DNA of 64,000 nucleotides from assembly GCF_009914755.1 (NCBI RefSeq), contig NC_060936.1. One strand, 5' to 3'. Positions within the stretch are counted from its first letter, which is position 1. Every line of letters begins with the position of its first letter. The notes under the pieces are model-generated. The model worked only from the letters and a program-made list of their open reading frames with translations. It was not told the origin of the DNA and did not search any database. The translations under genes and the position numbers were made by a program. The DNA is from the human T2T-CHM13v2.0 reference genome, Homo sapiens. Below, piece by piece: positions 32,984 through 47,248 of this stretch.

Positions 32984-33650
32984 TGTTTTCTTCTTATTAT
33001 TGTTTTTTAATCTTGGGATTCCACCAGAGCTCAGACTCCCACAGCACTTCCGGACAAGCCACCTGCTGAGCCGTTTGTCCCTGCCACGGTCACCTAGGAA
33101 TTCTCTTCCGTGTGCTCCCTCTCTCCCATCCCAGGAGGATTACTCAGAGCTGCTGGGCATTGTGGGAAACTCCCTGGAGTCCTCCCCTCAGGAGGCCCTT
33201 GTGCAGGAAAGCACAGGCCGGCGGGCTCATCCCACCCGTGGACCACCAGAGCCCCCTGCTGTCTGGGATCCTCCACGGGGCCTGAATGGTCTCCATCTCA
33301 CAAAAGCACTCTCTGCAGGGATGCCCCAGAGCAACGCCCTACAGGTGCCATTGTGTGCGGATCACTCCTACACGCTGGATTTCCAGGCCTTAAGTCCCCG
33401 AGGCCGCTCTTCAGCAGCACCGTACACAGCTCTTAAGGGGTCACGTAGGTCAAGGAGAAAATGGGATTTGATTGACACAGATTCTATTGACCCAAGGTTT
33501 TTAAGAAAACAGTTGCCACAGAGACAAAGCAGCCGCATCCACAGCTGGGCGCGAGCTTCTCCTGGGAGCTGTGGCAGAGCGCTCTCTGCTGCTCACCCCA
33601 TGCTCCGCAGGCCTGCAGGAGCGAACACAGAACGCCCCAAACGCCCGTGA

Positions 33651-33944
<294 letters not shown>

Positions 33945-34064
33945 TAACTGATACATAGCAGGTGTACATATGTGGGGGGTTCATGTGATCATTTTATTCA
34001 TATCATTTATAAAGATCAAATCAGTGTAACTGGGATATCCACCACCTTAAATATTTGGACAATG

Positions 34065-34720
34065 ATTTTATTAAAAGCAGCTTTATAGGATTATAATGAA
34101 TATACAGTTGACCCATGGTAAAGATGGCATTGGATGGCTTTTAGTAAACGTATAATTAAGCAACCATCACCAAAATCCAGTTCTAAGGCAGCCACATCAG
34201 TCCAGAAAGCTTCACTGTACCCCTGGCAGTCAATCCCCACCCGCATCCTCAGGGAACCACGGATCTACTTTTTGTCTCTACCGTTTTGCCTCTCCCAGAA
34301 ATTTCCTATCCATGAAGTCTTGCAGTGTCATCTGGCTTCTTCCATGTCAGGCACTATTTCGGAGGCCATGCCTGCTGTGGCGTGAAGCTGCAGCGCATCC
34401 TCTCTGACAGCGGGGCAGTGAGTCCCAGGGCGCATGGGCCACACTTGCTCAGGTGGGCACCTGCGGATGGCCATTCAGGCTGTTTGAAGTTTCTATAGTA
34501 ATTAGGAATAATGCTATGAGGAACATCTGTAGAAAGCCTTTGTGTGAAGTTAGGTTTTTCATTCTCCTAGTTTAATACTTAGGAGGAGAACTGCTGGGTC
34601 ACATGGTAAGACTCTGTTGAACTCTTTAAGAAGCTGCCAAATAGTTTTCCAAAGTGGCTGCACCATTTTTCACTCCCACCAGCAGGGTAGGAGGCTCCTG
34701 GCATCCCCACATTCCCACAG
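34065..34720 (-). mobile_element. L1MB/ME fragment
   Basis: CTGCCAAATAGTTTTCCAAAGTGGCTGCACCATTTTTCACTCCCACCAGCAG. Confidence 0.8.
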
Positions 34721-34820
34721 CCACAGAGTTCCCGCCTTCCGCCTTTCTAGGAGACCCCTTTCTCCTGCCTATTTCCCCATTCTGGGTGCTAAAGTCCTAA
34801 GGTCAAGCCCACCTGCCACC

Positions 34821-35330
34821 AACAGGAAGTCATGCTGTGGGGCAGCAGTGGCAGGAGCAGGATGAGGAGTGGGAGCTGAAGGGCGAGACTGGAAGCCAAG
34901 CAGAAGCAGGAAGCAAAGTAGGAATCAGAAGTGAAGCAGGAACAGGAAGCAAAGGAGCAGGAAGTAAAGCAGGAGCAGGAAGTGAGGCAGGAACAAGCAG
35001 CAGAAGCAGGAACCAAATGAGCAGGAAGTGAGGCAGGAACAGGAAGTAAACCAGAAGCAGGAAGTGAATGAACAGGAAGTGAGGCAGGAGCAGGAAGCAA
35101 AGGAGCAGGAAGTAAAGCAGGAAAGGAAAGCAGAGCAGCAAGCACAACAGGAACAGGAAGTAAAGCAGGAGCAGAAACTAAAGGGGGAAAAGGAAGTAAA
35201 GCAGGAGCCAGAAAGAGGCAGGAATAGGAAGTAAAGCAGAAGCAGGAAGTGAGGCAGGAACAGAAAGGAAAGCAGGAGCAGGAAATGAGGCAGGAACAGG
35301 AAGTAAAGCAGGAACCAGAGGGAAGCAGGG
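34821..35330. repeat. Purine-rich degenerate ~18-bp minisatellite (GCAGGARCAGGAAGTRAR)
   Basis: 13 AGGAAGT (11 of them CAGGAAGT), all on the + strand, by manual count. Confidence 0.9.
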
Positions 35331-35765
35331 CAACAGGTCCTCCCTTCCACTCATCCTTGCAGCCTCCTCTAGCCTACCAGTGGCCAGTCCAGCAGGCAGA
35401 CCCTGGCAAGGCAAGAATGAGGCTCCCAAGCACCAGGCCAGCCCCAGAAAATGGGTGCAGCAGGAGCTTGATGTTGAAAGTCAGTGGCTTCCAAGTAGCA
35501 CATGCATGGAAACTCCAGAACCACCAGAAGGAAAAGCTTCAAGGTCCCCTGCTTCCTGCCCTTGAGAAAGCAGCCTCTGTGTGTGTTGAGTGACAGCTGA
35601 TGCTCGCCCAGTGCCTGCCGTGTGCCAGGAGCCATCCTAAATACCTCCAGCCTTTTAATTCAGCTATCCCCAACATTGGAACACTATGGGGTGGGTGTCA
35701 CAGTCACCCCCCTTTCACAGATGAAGAGACTGAGGTATAGAGCTAAACAAGGCTCCGGGTCACTC

Positions 35766-35896
35766 CAGGGCTGGGACTGTGACGAGGCAAGTGAAGCGCC
35801 TGGGGCCGGGAATTTAAGAAGGCACCCTGCTCAGGGGTCTGCCTGCACGTGCACTGCCCCTGGCACCTCACTCCCCTCACCCCAAGCCCAGCGCTA
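35766..35896 (+). mobile_element. MER96-like hAT MITE inserted in an antisense MIR (~35595-35950)
   Basis: Inverted termini CAGGGCTGGG...CCCAGCGCTA; 8-bp TSD GGTCACTC / GGCCACAC. Confidence 0.65.
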
Positions 35897-36256
35897 GGCC
35901 ACACAGCTAGTGAGTGGCAGACACTGTATTTAAATGACAGCAGTCTAGCTGCAGCCTCCCTGCTGAGAACCACTACGTGAAGTGCATCAAATACCTTGAG
36001 TTTAAGGAAGTGCAGTATATGGCATAAAAATATACACATGCAAGAGCTCACTAAATGCAGCCAGATTCCATCATCTGAATGTGAGTTACCCATTTCAGTA
36101 ACAGCCTTGGCCAGCATTTAACCCCAGGACAGCTTCCTTCTGGCACCTAGCCTGCTGCTGGGATGTCTTCCTCCTTTTCACCCCTCAACCTCCCTCATTT
36201 ATTAGGGAGACTGATTTTAAAAGTTGGCTCAAAGGTAAATTAAAAATCAGACAGCA

Positions 36257-36573
<317 letters not shown>

Positions 36574-37009
36574 TCAGACAGTAACTTCAGAAGTTTTGTT
36601 TTTAATTGTCCATGCTTTATTTTCCACCAACACCACCATTTCCATGGACAAAGTGGGTTCCAAACTACCGATGTATGAGTCAACATGACCCAAGTAAGAT
36701 GGAGGACTGTGGTCTCAACACACATGGTCAGGTCAACAGCAAGCCCAGTTTGATTTTTCGACGGAAATGCCAGGTTTTGAAATAATCCTTGCAAAGGCTG
36801 GATTTGCTCCTAACAGGCCTTGAATTGGCCTCCAATGATCTACTAACTTGTTATTCACCAGGAATGGCAATTTCTCTCTCCCCAAAATAGTTCATTTGGT
36901 CATGAATGAACAGAGACAGGAAAATTGAAGCAAACTAAGGTGAGTTTCATTGGCTAGGACTGTCCAGGGACATTTAACAGACAAGAGCTCAGAAAGCAAT
37001 AAGCTTTGA

Positions 37010-37498
<489 letters not shown>

Positions 37499-38027
37499 TT
37501 AAGGCCACATAAGCTGTGGATGTTATAGAATTTCTTATTTCCCTGGGCAGCAACTGGGCCTCTATTGAGACCCAAATGCCCTCTTCAGAGGGAACTACGA
37601 GGTCAACAAGCACAATCCCCACATGTGCAGTGAAGTCTCCATACGTCCACTCTGGAGGAGGAGATGACAAGGCAGGGAGGCTGTCATTTCCTACTTGGGC
37701 GGACCCTTCTAGGGGCGGTCTGCTCTGGCCCCTCCGCAATTCCAGTCAGCAGCCTAGCATGTCACTCTGGGAGGACCGCAGGAACTAGCAAATCCAATAT
37801 TCTGCTTACAAATGGAGAGACGGAGGCCCCAAGAAGAAAGCTAAGAGGTACCATCATCAAAGGTAAGGTGATGGGAAGCTGCCCCATGCCTCGGTGTTCC
37901 ACTATGAGACAGAAGACACAGTGGTTATAACTGCCACTTACCACTGATTGTTAAACTCAACTTCATTTCTTTTTATTTTTTGCCTTTGCCATGATAGATT
38001 TTATATCTTATCACCACAACTGTGTGG

Positions 38028-38182
38028 TGATGTGGTTTGGATGTGTGTCCCCTCCAAATCTCATGTTGAAATGTGGTCCCCAGTGTTGGAGGTGGGGCCT
38101 GATGGGAGGTGTTGGATCATGGCAGTGGATTCCTCATGCATGGCTTGGCACTCTCTCCTTGGTGATGAGTTCCTGCTCTGAG
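38028..38182 (+). mobile_element. MST LTR 5' fragment
   Basis: TGATGTGGTTTGGATGTGTGTCCCCTCCAAATCTCATGTTGAAATGT. Confidence 0.85.
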
Positions 38183-38448
38183 ATGACAACTCAGATAACT
38201 CCATGCTGTGGTGCTAGCACCTGAGAGACCCATGACCGAGAGATCTGCCCCCACATATAAATCCAGAGGGATGGGGCTGGCCTGCTGCTTCTCTTCAAGA
38301 ACCAGTAGAGGCTGACGCTGCAGAGAGGGCAGCACCCCAGGGTCAAGGAAATCACCAACAGAGGGGACCAGCAGGGGTCACCTAAGACCCCAGAACAAGA
38401 GAAACCTTTCTTAATTTGCCACATCCAGTGAGTTCAATAGAAGCCTCC

Positions 38449-40550
38449 TGTTTCAGCCAGGGGTCCCCAGGGAAGCAGAGTAACAGGACATGCGTGGATA
38501 TGGAAGTGGACATAAGCACGGGAATGGATGAATATGGATATGGATATTGATATAGAGAGAGGTATGGATATGGACATGAATATGGGTATAGATACAGATA
38601 GGAATATGGATCTAGATGGATATGGATACAGATATGGGTACAGATTTAGGCATAGATATGGATGTGGACATAGATATGGGTATAGATACAGATATGGATA
38701 TGAATACAGATATAGATACAGATGTGGCTATGGAAATAAATTTGGATGTAGATATGAATATAGGTATGGAGGTATATATAGGTATAGACACAGATATGGC
38801 TATGAATATAGATACAGATATGGAAATGGATATGGGTATAGATACAGAGGTGGCTATGGGTATAGATATAGACATGGACTTGGAAATGGATGTGGGTGTA
38901 GACATGATGAGGGTGTAGATATGGATGTGGCTGTAGATATGGATACGGATGTGGACGGAGGTATGGATGAGAGTGAGATATGGATGTGGGTGTAGATATG
39001 GATGTAGGTGTAGATATGGATGTGGGTGTAGATGTGGATGGGGGTGTAGATATGGATGTGGATGTGGGTGTAGGCGTGGATGTGGGTGTAGGCGTGGATG
39101 TGGGTGTAGGCGTGGATGTGGGTGTAGATATGGATGTGGGTGTAGATGTGGATGTGGGTGTAGGCATGGATGTGGGTGTAGATGTGGATGTGGGTGTAGA
39201 TGTGGATGTGGGTGTAGATGTGGATGAGGGTGTAGATGTGGATATGGGGTAGATATGGATGTGGGTGTAGATATGGATGTGGGTGTAGATATGGATGTGT
39301 GTGTAGATATGAATTAGGGTGTAGATATGGATGTGGGTGTAGATATGGATGTGGGTGTAGTCATGGATGTGGGTGTAGATATGGATGAGGGTGTAGATAT
39401 GGACGTGGGTGTAGATATGGATGGGGGTGTAGTCATGGACATGAGTATAGATATGGATGTGGGTGTAGATGTGGATGTGGGTGTAGGCATGGATGTGGGT
39501 GTAGATGTGGATGTGGGTGTAGATGTGGATGTGGGTGTAGATGTGGATGAGGGTGTAGATGTGGATATGGGGTAGATATGGATGTGGGTGTAGCTATGGA
39601 TGTGGGTGTAGATGTGGATGTGGGTGTAGATGTGGATGAGGGTGTAGATGTGGATGTGGGGTAGATATGGATGTGGGTGTAGATATGGATGTGGACGTAG
39701 GCATGGATGTAGGTGTAGATATGGATGTGGGTGTAGATATGGATGTGGGTGTAGGCGTGGATGTGGGTGTAGATATGGATGTGGGTGTAGGCGTGGATGT
39801 GGGTGTAGATATGGATGAGGGTGTAGATATGGATGTGGGTATAGATGTGGATGTGGACATAGGCATGGATGTGGGTGTAGATATGGATGTGTGTGTAGAT
39901 ATGAATTAGGGTGTAGATATGGATGTGGGTGTAGATATGGATGTGGGTGTAGTCATGGACGTGGGTGTAGATATGGATGAGGGTGTAGATATGGACGTGG
40001 GTGTAGATATGGATGGGGGTGTAGTCATGGACGTGAGTATAGATATGGATGTGGGTGTAGATATGGATGTGGACGTAGGCACAGATGTGGATGTAGGCAT
40101 GGATACAGACGTAGACATGTATGTACATGTAGGCATGGATGTGGATGGAGGCGTGGACATGGATGGAGGTATGGATATGGAGGTATTCATGGATATATGT
40201 ATGGATATGGGTATATAAATGTAGATGTGGATCCAGATAGGAGATTTCTTTTTGCGATTGGCTCATGTGATTAGAAGCTGTCAAGTCTGAAATCTGCAGG
40301 ACAGGCCAACGGGCTGGAAACCCAGGCTGAGGCTGAGGCTAAAGTCTTGGGGCAGAATGTCTCCTTCCTTCAGCTGACTGGGTGAGGCCCACTCACGCTG
40401 TGGAGGGCATTTGCCCTTACTAAAAGTCAGGTGACGGGGCACATCCACCATGTCCACAGAATACCTTCCCGGGAGCACTGAGATTCATGTGTGTTTACAT
40501 AATTGGGTGCCATGGCCTAGCCAAGCTGACACCTAAAGCCAACCACCACA
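38449..40550 (-). mobile_element. MLT2 (ERVL) LTR split by an internal minisatellite
   Basis: Left end CAGGGGTCCCCAGGGAAGCAGAGTAACAGGA; right part GATTGGCTCATGTGATT...CAAGTCTGAAATCTGCAGG...GGCCTAGCCAAGCTGACACCTAAA-CCAACCACCACA. Confidence 0.85.
38495..40235. repeat. Hexamer-derived 18-bp VNTR (GATATGGATGTGGGTGTA)n, ~1.75 kb
   Basis: Directly visible; source of the MDVGVD/YGCGCR/TPTSIS ORFs. Confidence 0.97.
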
Positions 40551-40630
40551 GCCCACACAACCACCACAGCCCACACAACCACCACAGCCCTGCCAACCAC
40601 CACAGCCCACACAAGCACCACAGCCCTGCC
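40538..40630. repeat. 18-bp tandem repeat (CAACCACCACAGCCCACA) x~5 at the LTR junction
   Basis: Directly visible. Confidence 0.9.
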
Positions 40631-41529
40631 AAGCGAGCCCAGCCCTGTCTCTTTACCCCTCTTCCCTGGTGCCAGCATTGCCTGCTGTGGGGAGCAAAAC
40701 CACAACCAGCCTATGAAGGGCTGAGCAGGGCGCTGACAGAGGACCCTGGTCCGGCCCCTGCTAAAGCCTCAGCCCACAGCAGGGTGCAGCTTAGAGGGGA
40801 GTGAAGTGGAAAGCTACACTGAGAGCGCAGCTCATTGCCTGGGACTGCATGGGCAGAGGTTCCTCATCTAAAAATACTCACGAGCCACCCCCTTTCGGTG
40901 CAGGGAAGGGAAGTGGGTCCCACTGAAGGAGGCTGAAAGGGCAAGGGGAGATGTGGTTATCGCCGTGAAAGTCTCCTGGGTCCAACACACCCTCCCAGTT
41001 CACGCTCATTCCCTTTGGAGGGACTGAGTCACCTCCCCAGACACCCCAAAGATATGGGAATAAAGTGGTTATATCAGAAAAGGAGATCTCTCCAGCGACA
41101 GGGGTATCTCTCAGTGTGACTTCTTGGAGTCAAGGTTTTCTGGAAGCTGAGAGTGTGTCTGCCCCTCCAGGTCTGCCTCCACCCCAAGAGGACCTCGTGG
41201 ACGTGGTGCCTCAGGCTCCACCATCCCCAGGAGAAGAGGTGGGTGTTTGTCATTTCCTGCTCCACCCCTGCAGGCCAGATCTGAGGGCGGCTGCACCTCC
41301 TGCTCCCTCGGCAGCCCCTCGTGTTCCTGTGTCCTCCCCTGTCCTCGGCCCTACTCTGTGGGCCTCCGGGGACCATTCCCTCTCTGGTCCCCACAGGCTT
41401 GGGCGAGGCGACCACTTCCCACTTTGCTGGTCCCAGGATGCATCCCATCCATGAGAGTCCCCTTAACCTTGACCTCTGGAAAGAGCCCCATCACTTTTCT
41501 CTCCATTCACCCGTGTCAGGAATGTTGAA

Positions 41530-41970
41530 TTCCTTTGCTAGCAACACGGAAAGCCTCGATCGGATCCTGTCGTCGCGCTGCCTAAAGCCCGGTGACAGCT
41601 TCCCATGGTGCTTAGAATAGAATGCGAAGCCCAACGGGCCCTGCCCAAGCTTCCACCTCCCTCCCAGCCTCCTCCCCTCACCGCACCACCAACAGCCACC
41701 ACCTTTTGTCTCCTCTGATGTCCCATCAGTGCCATGCTTGGACTCGTTTTTGCTGTTTTTGGGACAGTGGTGCCATTCCCCTCCCGTGACTGACTCCTGC
41801 GTGCAGTCCCTAATCTGCCCATCACCGCCGGGGCACTGTCCACAGCATTCTGTTGATTTCCTCCACACTGTCTAACACAACCTGAAACAACCTCATCTGC
41901 CCACCACGTCTCATCTGTGCCTCCCTGCCTGGAACGGAGCTGCAGGAAGGCAGCGATGTTTGTCTGGAGG
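41530..41970 (+). mobile_element. L2 fragment
   Basis: CTTCCCATGGTGCTTAGAATAGAAT...GAGCTGCAGGAAGGCAG. Confidence 0.6.
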
Positions 41971-42739
41971 TGAGCACTGCGGTGGGCATTTGCCCCGCAC
42001 GTGGTGGGTGACCATTGGGCGGGTGGGCACCCCCCGAGGCCTCAGAGCAGCAGACGCCCCTCCCTGAGCCTGGTTGGGCCTGCACCACAAGCAGCACCCA
42101 GGTCCCACAGGTCCCTCTCCACACACAGCTCAGTGCAGGCCGTGAGCAAGTGGTCGCATGCACACTGCTGACCACCTGCCTGGCATGGCGTCTGGTAAAC
42201 AGCAGGTGGATATTGGTGTAGATGTGCCACCTCGAATTGCTAGATTGGGCAGAACCCCACTAGAGCCCATCCAGTTGCAGACACAAACCCAGGGCCCAGC
42301 AGATGGTGCTGTCTGCTAGGACAAGGCTGGAGAGCAGTCGCTCCATCCAGTCACCGTTTCCCGCATCTGGACGCCTGCATCATCCCCTGGACAGCCATGC
42401 AGAACCCGCCCTGTGCAGGCATTGGAGGGCCGGGGACAGGAGGCTAACCCTCCATGGTGGGGTCCAGGCTACCCCGCACAGCATCCTGCAAGGCAAGTTC
42501 CGCACCGCGACCACAGGCGGCCACAGCCCCGCCACTGAGCACTCAGGGGCAGCCGCGGTGCAGGAGCAGAAGTTTCTGTCTCACTTTGTTTTTATTTCAG
42601 TGTCCACCCCCTGGTTGCAGGTTCCCTGTTCGCTGGTGCGGGTCTATGAGGAGGAAACACACAGAAACCAAAAGATGGAATCAGGCTGTCTCGGGCCACT
42701 TCCTTCCGCCACAGCTCTGCCTGGAGTGCCAGCCCCAGC

Positions 42740-43180
42740 ACAGGTGAATACACAGAACCAGCGCCTCCCTCCTGGAGCTTTCCTGGGGAGACCAGTGAGG
42801 GTGAACAAGGAAGCGGATAGAGAACTCCCCGCAGCGTAAGTGCAGTGGGGACATTTGTGGCAGGGAGTGCCTGGGGAGGGTGGTCGGGGAAGGCTGCCCC
42901 AAGGAGTTATCATCTGAGCAAGACCCAAAATTGTAAGAAGTAGCACGCGGCGCTCCCAGGGAAGAGCATGCCAGGCTGGAGGCCCTGCGGAGGGGACAAG
43001 CTCAGCAGCTTGGAGGACCAGAGAGAAATCCAGGTGGGTACTGGCCAAGGTGGAGGTGTGAGAAGGAGGGCTGAGGACGGCTGGGGTCACACAGCACCAA
43101 GTTGTACCAGCCCAGGCACAGTTAACCATTCATTTTAAGAGCAAGTGAATCCCACATGCTTGACCCAAGGAATTGCTGGA
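42740..43180 (-). mobile_element. L2 fragment
   Basis: GGGTGGTCGGGGAAGGC...TCTGAGCAAGACCC...AGCATGCCAGGC. Confidence 0.6.
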
Positions 43181-43555
43181 AAGGTGCTGACGGATCCAAA
43201 GGATGTAGAGTTCAATGCCAAAGGGTGTGGCAGTCACCTCTCAGAGGCTCGGAGCAAGTGGCAGGGCAATCAACTCCCCTGCATTTCCATCCACAGTGCA
43301 CTAAATGCCACTGAATCATCCGTCCACAGTGCACTAAATGCCACTGAATCGTCCACTCTGGAGTAGTTGATAAGATTGTTAACTTATGTTATGTGAGCTT
43401 CACCGTGAAATAAATGTGTGTGTCTTCATCCACAGCTCCTGCCTCCTAACTCACACAGCCCTGGTTATAGCCTTTTGTTATCACGTTGGGGCAGTTTAGG
43501 CCTCAGGAAGCTGAATCTCAAGACCCTAATCTGACTGTGGGTCAGAAGATCCTCA

Positions 43556-43945
<390 letters not shown>

Positions 43946-44484
43946 TTACACCACGCCCTGTGTATCCAGTTGCATTTCTACATGGTTGTCAATCATTCCT
44001 GTCCAACGATGTCTCCATCAAAGGCCCAAGAGGACAGGGTTCAGGGACCTTTCAGAGAGCTGACCACGCAGAGGCTCCTGGAGGGGCTGCCCAGGGAGGG
44101 CATGGCAGCTCCACGCCCCTTCCCCGTACCTCGTCTGTGCATCTCTTCATGTATATTCTTTGCAATATCACTTATAATAAACCAGGAAACGTGTTTCCCT
44201 GACTCCCGTGAGCCACTCTAGCAAATTAATCAAACCCAAAGAGGGGGTTGTGGGAACCCCAACATCAAGAAGTTGGTCAGAAGGCCCAGACGTGCAGCTC
44301 ATGTCTGGAGTAGTGGGGGAGGTCTTAGGACTGAGCCCTCTCCCTGTGTGATCAGACACCGTCTCCAGGTAGAGGGGTCAGAATAGAATCGGAGGATGCC
44401 CCTGTTGGTGTCCGCTACAGCAGTGTTGCTCACTCAGTGGTGGGGAGAAGTCCCAACTCTGCGTTTGCTCACAGGAGTCTTCTA

Positions 44485-46200
44485 TGTTGATGATGTCGTG
44501 GTGTTGAAGTTGATGATGTCATGGTGTTCATGATGTCATGGTCTTGATGATGTGTTGATGATGCAGTGTTGATGATGTCCTTGTGTTGATGATGTCTTGG
44601 TATTAATGATGCCGTGTTGACGTCATGGTTTTGATGTTGTCATGGTGTTGATGTCACGGTGCTGATCTCATGGTGTTAATGATGCAGTGTTGATGATGTC
44701 CTTGTGTTGATGATGTCATGGTATTAATGATGCCATGTTGATGTCATGGTTTTGATGTTGTCATGGTGTTGATGATGTCACGGTGCTGGTCTCATGGTGT
44801 TAATGATGTAGTGTTGATGATGTCATGGGGTTGATGATGTTGTGTTCATGATGTCATGGTGCTGATGTGGTGTTGATGTTGATGTGTTGATATCATGGTG
44901 TTGATAATATCGTGGTTTTGACGATGTCATAGTGCTGATGATGGTGTCATGGGGTTGCTGAGGTCGTGGTGTGGATGATTTCCTGGTATTAATGATGCGG
45001 AGTTGATGAAGTCATGGTGTTGGTGTGGTGTTGATGTCGTGGTGTTAATGATGTCGTGCTGATGTCATGGTGTTAATGATGCGGTGTTAATCATGTGATG
45101 TTGATGGTGTCATGGTGATGTCATTGTGTTGATGACGTCATGGTGCTGATGTCGTGATGTTATTGATGTGGTGTTGATGATGTCACAGTGTTGATGATGT
45201 CATGGTGCTGATGTCATGGTGTTGGTGATGCAGTGTGGATGATGTCATGGGGTTGATGATGTCATGGATTTGATGATGTCGTGGTGCTGATGTCGTGGCG
45301 TTGATGTGGTGTTGATGTCATGGTGTTTATGTTGTGGAGTTCATGATGTCATGGAGTTGATGATGTTATTGTGTTGATACTGTCATGGTGTTCATGATGT
45401 GCTGATGGTGTCGTGGTGTTAATGATGTGGTATTGATGATGTGTTGTTGTGGTGTTGATGATGTCATGGTGTTGAAAGTGTCATGTGTTGATGATGTCAC
45501 TGTGTTAATGTCATGGTGTTGATAGTGTCATGGTGTTACTGATGTGGTGTTGATGATGTCATGGTGTTGACAACGTCATGGTGTTGATGTGGTGTTCATG
45601 TCACTGTGTTGATGTCATGGAGTTGATAGTGTCATGGTGTTAATGATGTGGTGTTAATGATGCGGTGTTGATGATGTCATGGTGTTGATGATGTCATAGT
45701 GCTGATGATGTCATGGTGTTAATGATGCAGTGCTGATGATGTCATGCGTTGATCATGTCATGGTGTTGATGTGGTGTTGATGATGTCGTGGTGATGTCAT
45801 TGTGCTGATGTTGTGTTGATGTCGTGGAGTTAATGATGTGGTGTTAATGATGTCATGGTGTTGATGTCGTGGCATTGATGGTGTCATGGTGTTGATGACG
45901 TCATGATGTTAATGCAGTGTTGATATCATGGTGCTGATGATGTCATGGTGATGATGTCACGTTGGTGATGTCATGGTGTTAATGATGCAGTGTTGATGAT
46001 GCCACGGTGTTAATGATGGTCTTGGTGTTGATGATGTAGTGTTGATGTCATGGTGTTAATGATGTGGTGTTGATGATTTCATGGTGGTGTTGATGTCATG
46101 GTGTTGACATGTCATGGTGCCGATGATGTGGTGGTGTTAATGATGCAGTGCTGATTATATCATGGTGTTGATGATGTCGTCGTGTTCATGATGTCATGGA
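44485..46200. repeat. Degenerate (TGATGATGTCATGGTGT)n minisatellite, ~1.7 kb
   Basis: Directly visible; internal block duplicated at a 121-bp offset (44561 vs 44682). Confidence 0.97.
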
Positions 46201-46304
46201 GTGCTGGTAGCGGGACAGCAGCTTGAGTTTCTTCAGAGCAGCTTCTTGGAAGTGTGTATTCACTCCTGCCCACACCTCCACCCCAGGGACTTAAAACAAT
46301 CTCA

Positions 46305-46690
46305 ATGCCAGAATATCCATACCTTGGGAAGTCACTCAGCCATCAAAAGGGATGAAGCCCCGACCCGTGTTCCAACATTGATGGAGCTTGCGAGCACCAC
46401 ACCAAGGGAAAGAAGCCAGGCATGTAAGGCCACATACTGTATGGCTGGAAATGTCCAGAACAGGCAAATCCACAGAGACAGAAAGTAGATTCATGTGGGG
46501 AGGGAATGGAGAGTGACTACTAATGGCAACAGGGTTTGTTTCTGACGTGAAGCTGTTTCTGTCAGCTAGACAGAAATGGTAGCTGCATGCCATTAGGAAT
46601 GCACTAAATGCCACTGAATTGTACACTTTGGAGTAGTTAATAAGATTGTTAATTTATGTTATGTGAGCTTCACCATGGAATAAAATAATA
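46305..46690 (+). mobile_element. L1MB 3' end
   Basis: GAAATGTCCAGAACAGGCAAATCCACAGAGACAGAAAGTAGATT...CTAAATGCCACTGAATTGTACACTTT. Confidence 0.88.
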
Positions 46691-46744
46691 AGTGTATGTA
46701 TGATAGAGGAGACCTCAGAGTCAGGTTGAAAACAGAAAGCACCC

Positions 46745-46930
46745 ATCAAGTGCTTACTATTTGCACTATTGAAAATGCTGACCATGACCCCATTTAATCC
46801 TCACTCTGCGAGGGAGAACTATTAATACTGTTAGCTCTAACTCTTGGATGAGGAAACTGAGGCACAGAAAGTGGAAGTGATTCAGGCAGGGACACAGTGG
46901 GCAGCAAGGGTTCAAGCCCAGGTAGTATTT
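46745..46930 (-). mobile_element. MIR
   Basis: GATGAGGAAACTGAGGCACAGA. Confidence 0.8.
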
Positions 46931-46987
46931 CTTAAAGAGGCCACCAATTTGCATAAGCTTCAGGCCTTACAAAGCCAGTTTCACATT

Positions 46988-47248
46988 AACATCACCACCA
47001 CCATCATCACCATCGTCATCACCACCTCCACCATCACCACCATTATCACCATCACCACCACCACCATCACCATTATCATATAATCATCACCATCATTACC
47101 AACACCATCATCACCATCGTCATCACCATCACCATCATCACCATCACTATCATTACCATCACCATCATTATCACCATCATCATTACTATCATCATCACCA
47201 TCACCAAAATCATCACCACCATCCCTATCATCACCACCATTATCAACG
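46988..47248. repeat. (CAC/CAT)n trinucleotide repeat; GA-rich tract follows at 47310-47440
   Basis: Directly visible. Confidence 0.95.

Noticed and set aside
34789-35593. Glu/Gln coiled-coil-like and Leu-rich ORFs
   Set aside because: Products of the purine-rich minisatellite
38528-40284. Keratin-associated- or mucin-like ORFs (YGCGCR, TPTSTS)
   Set aside because: All frames of a VNTR lying inside an LTR
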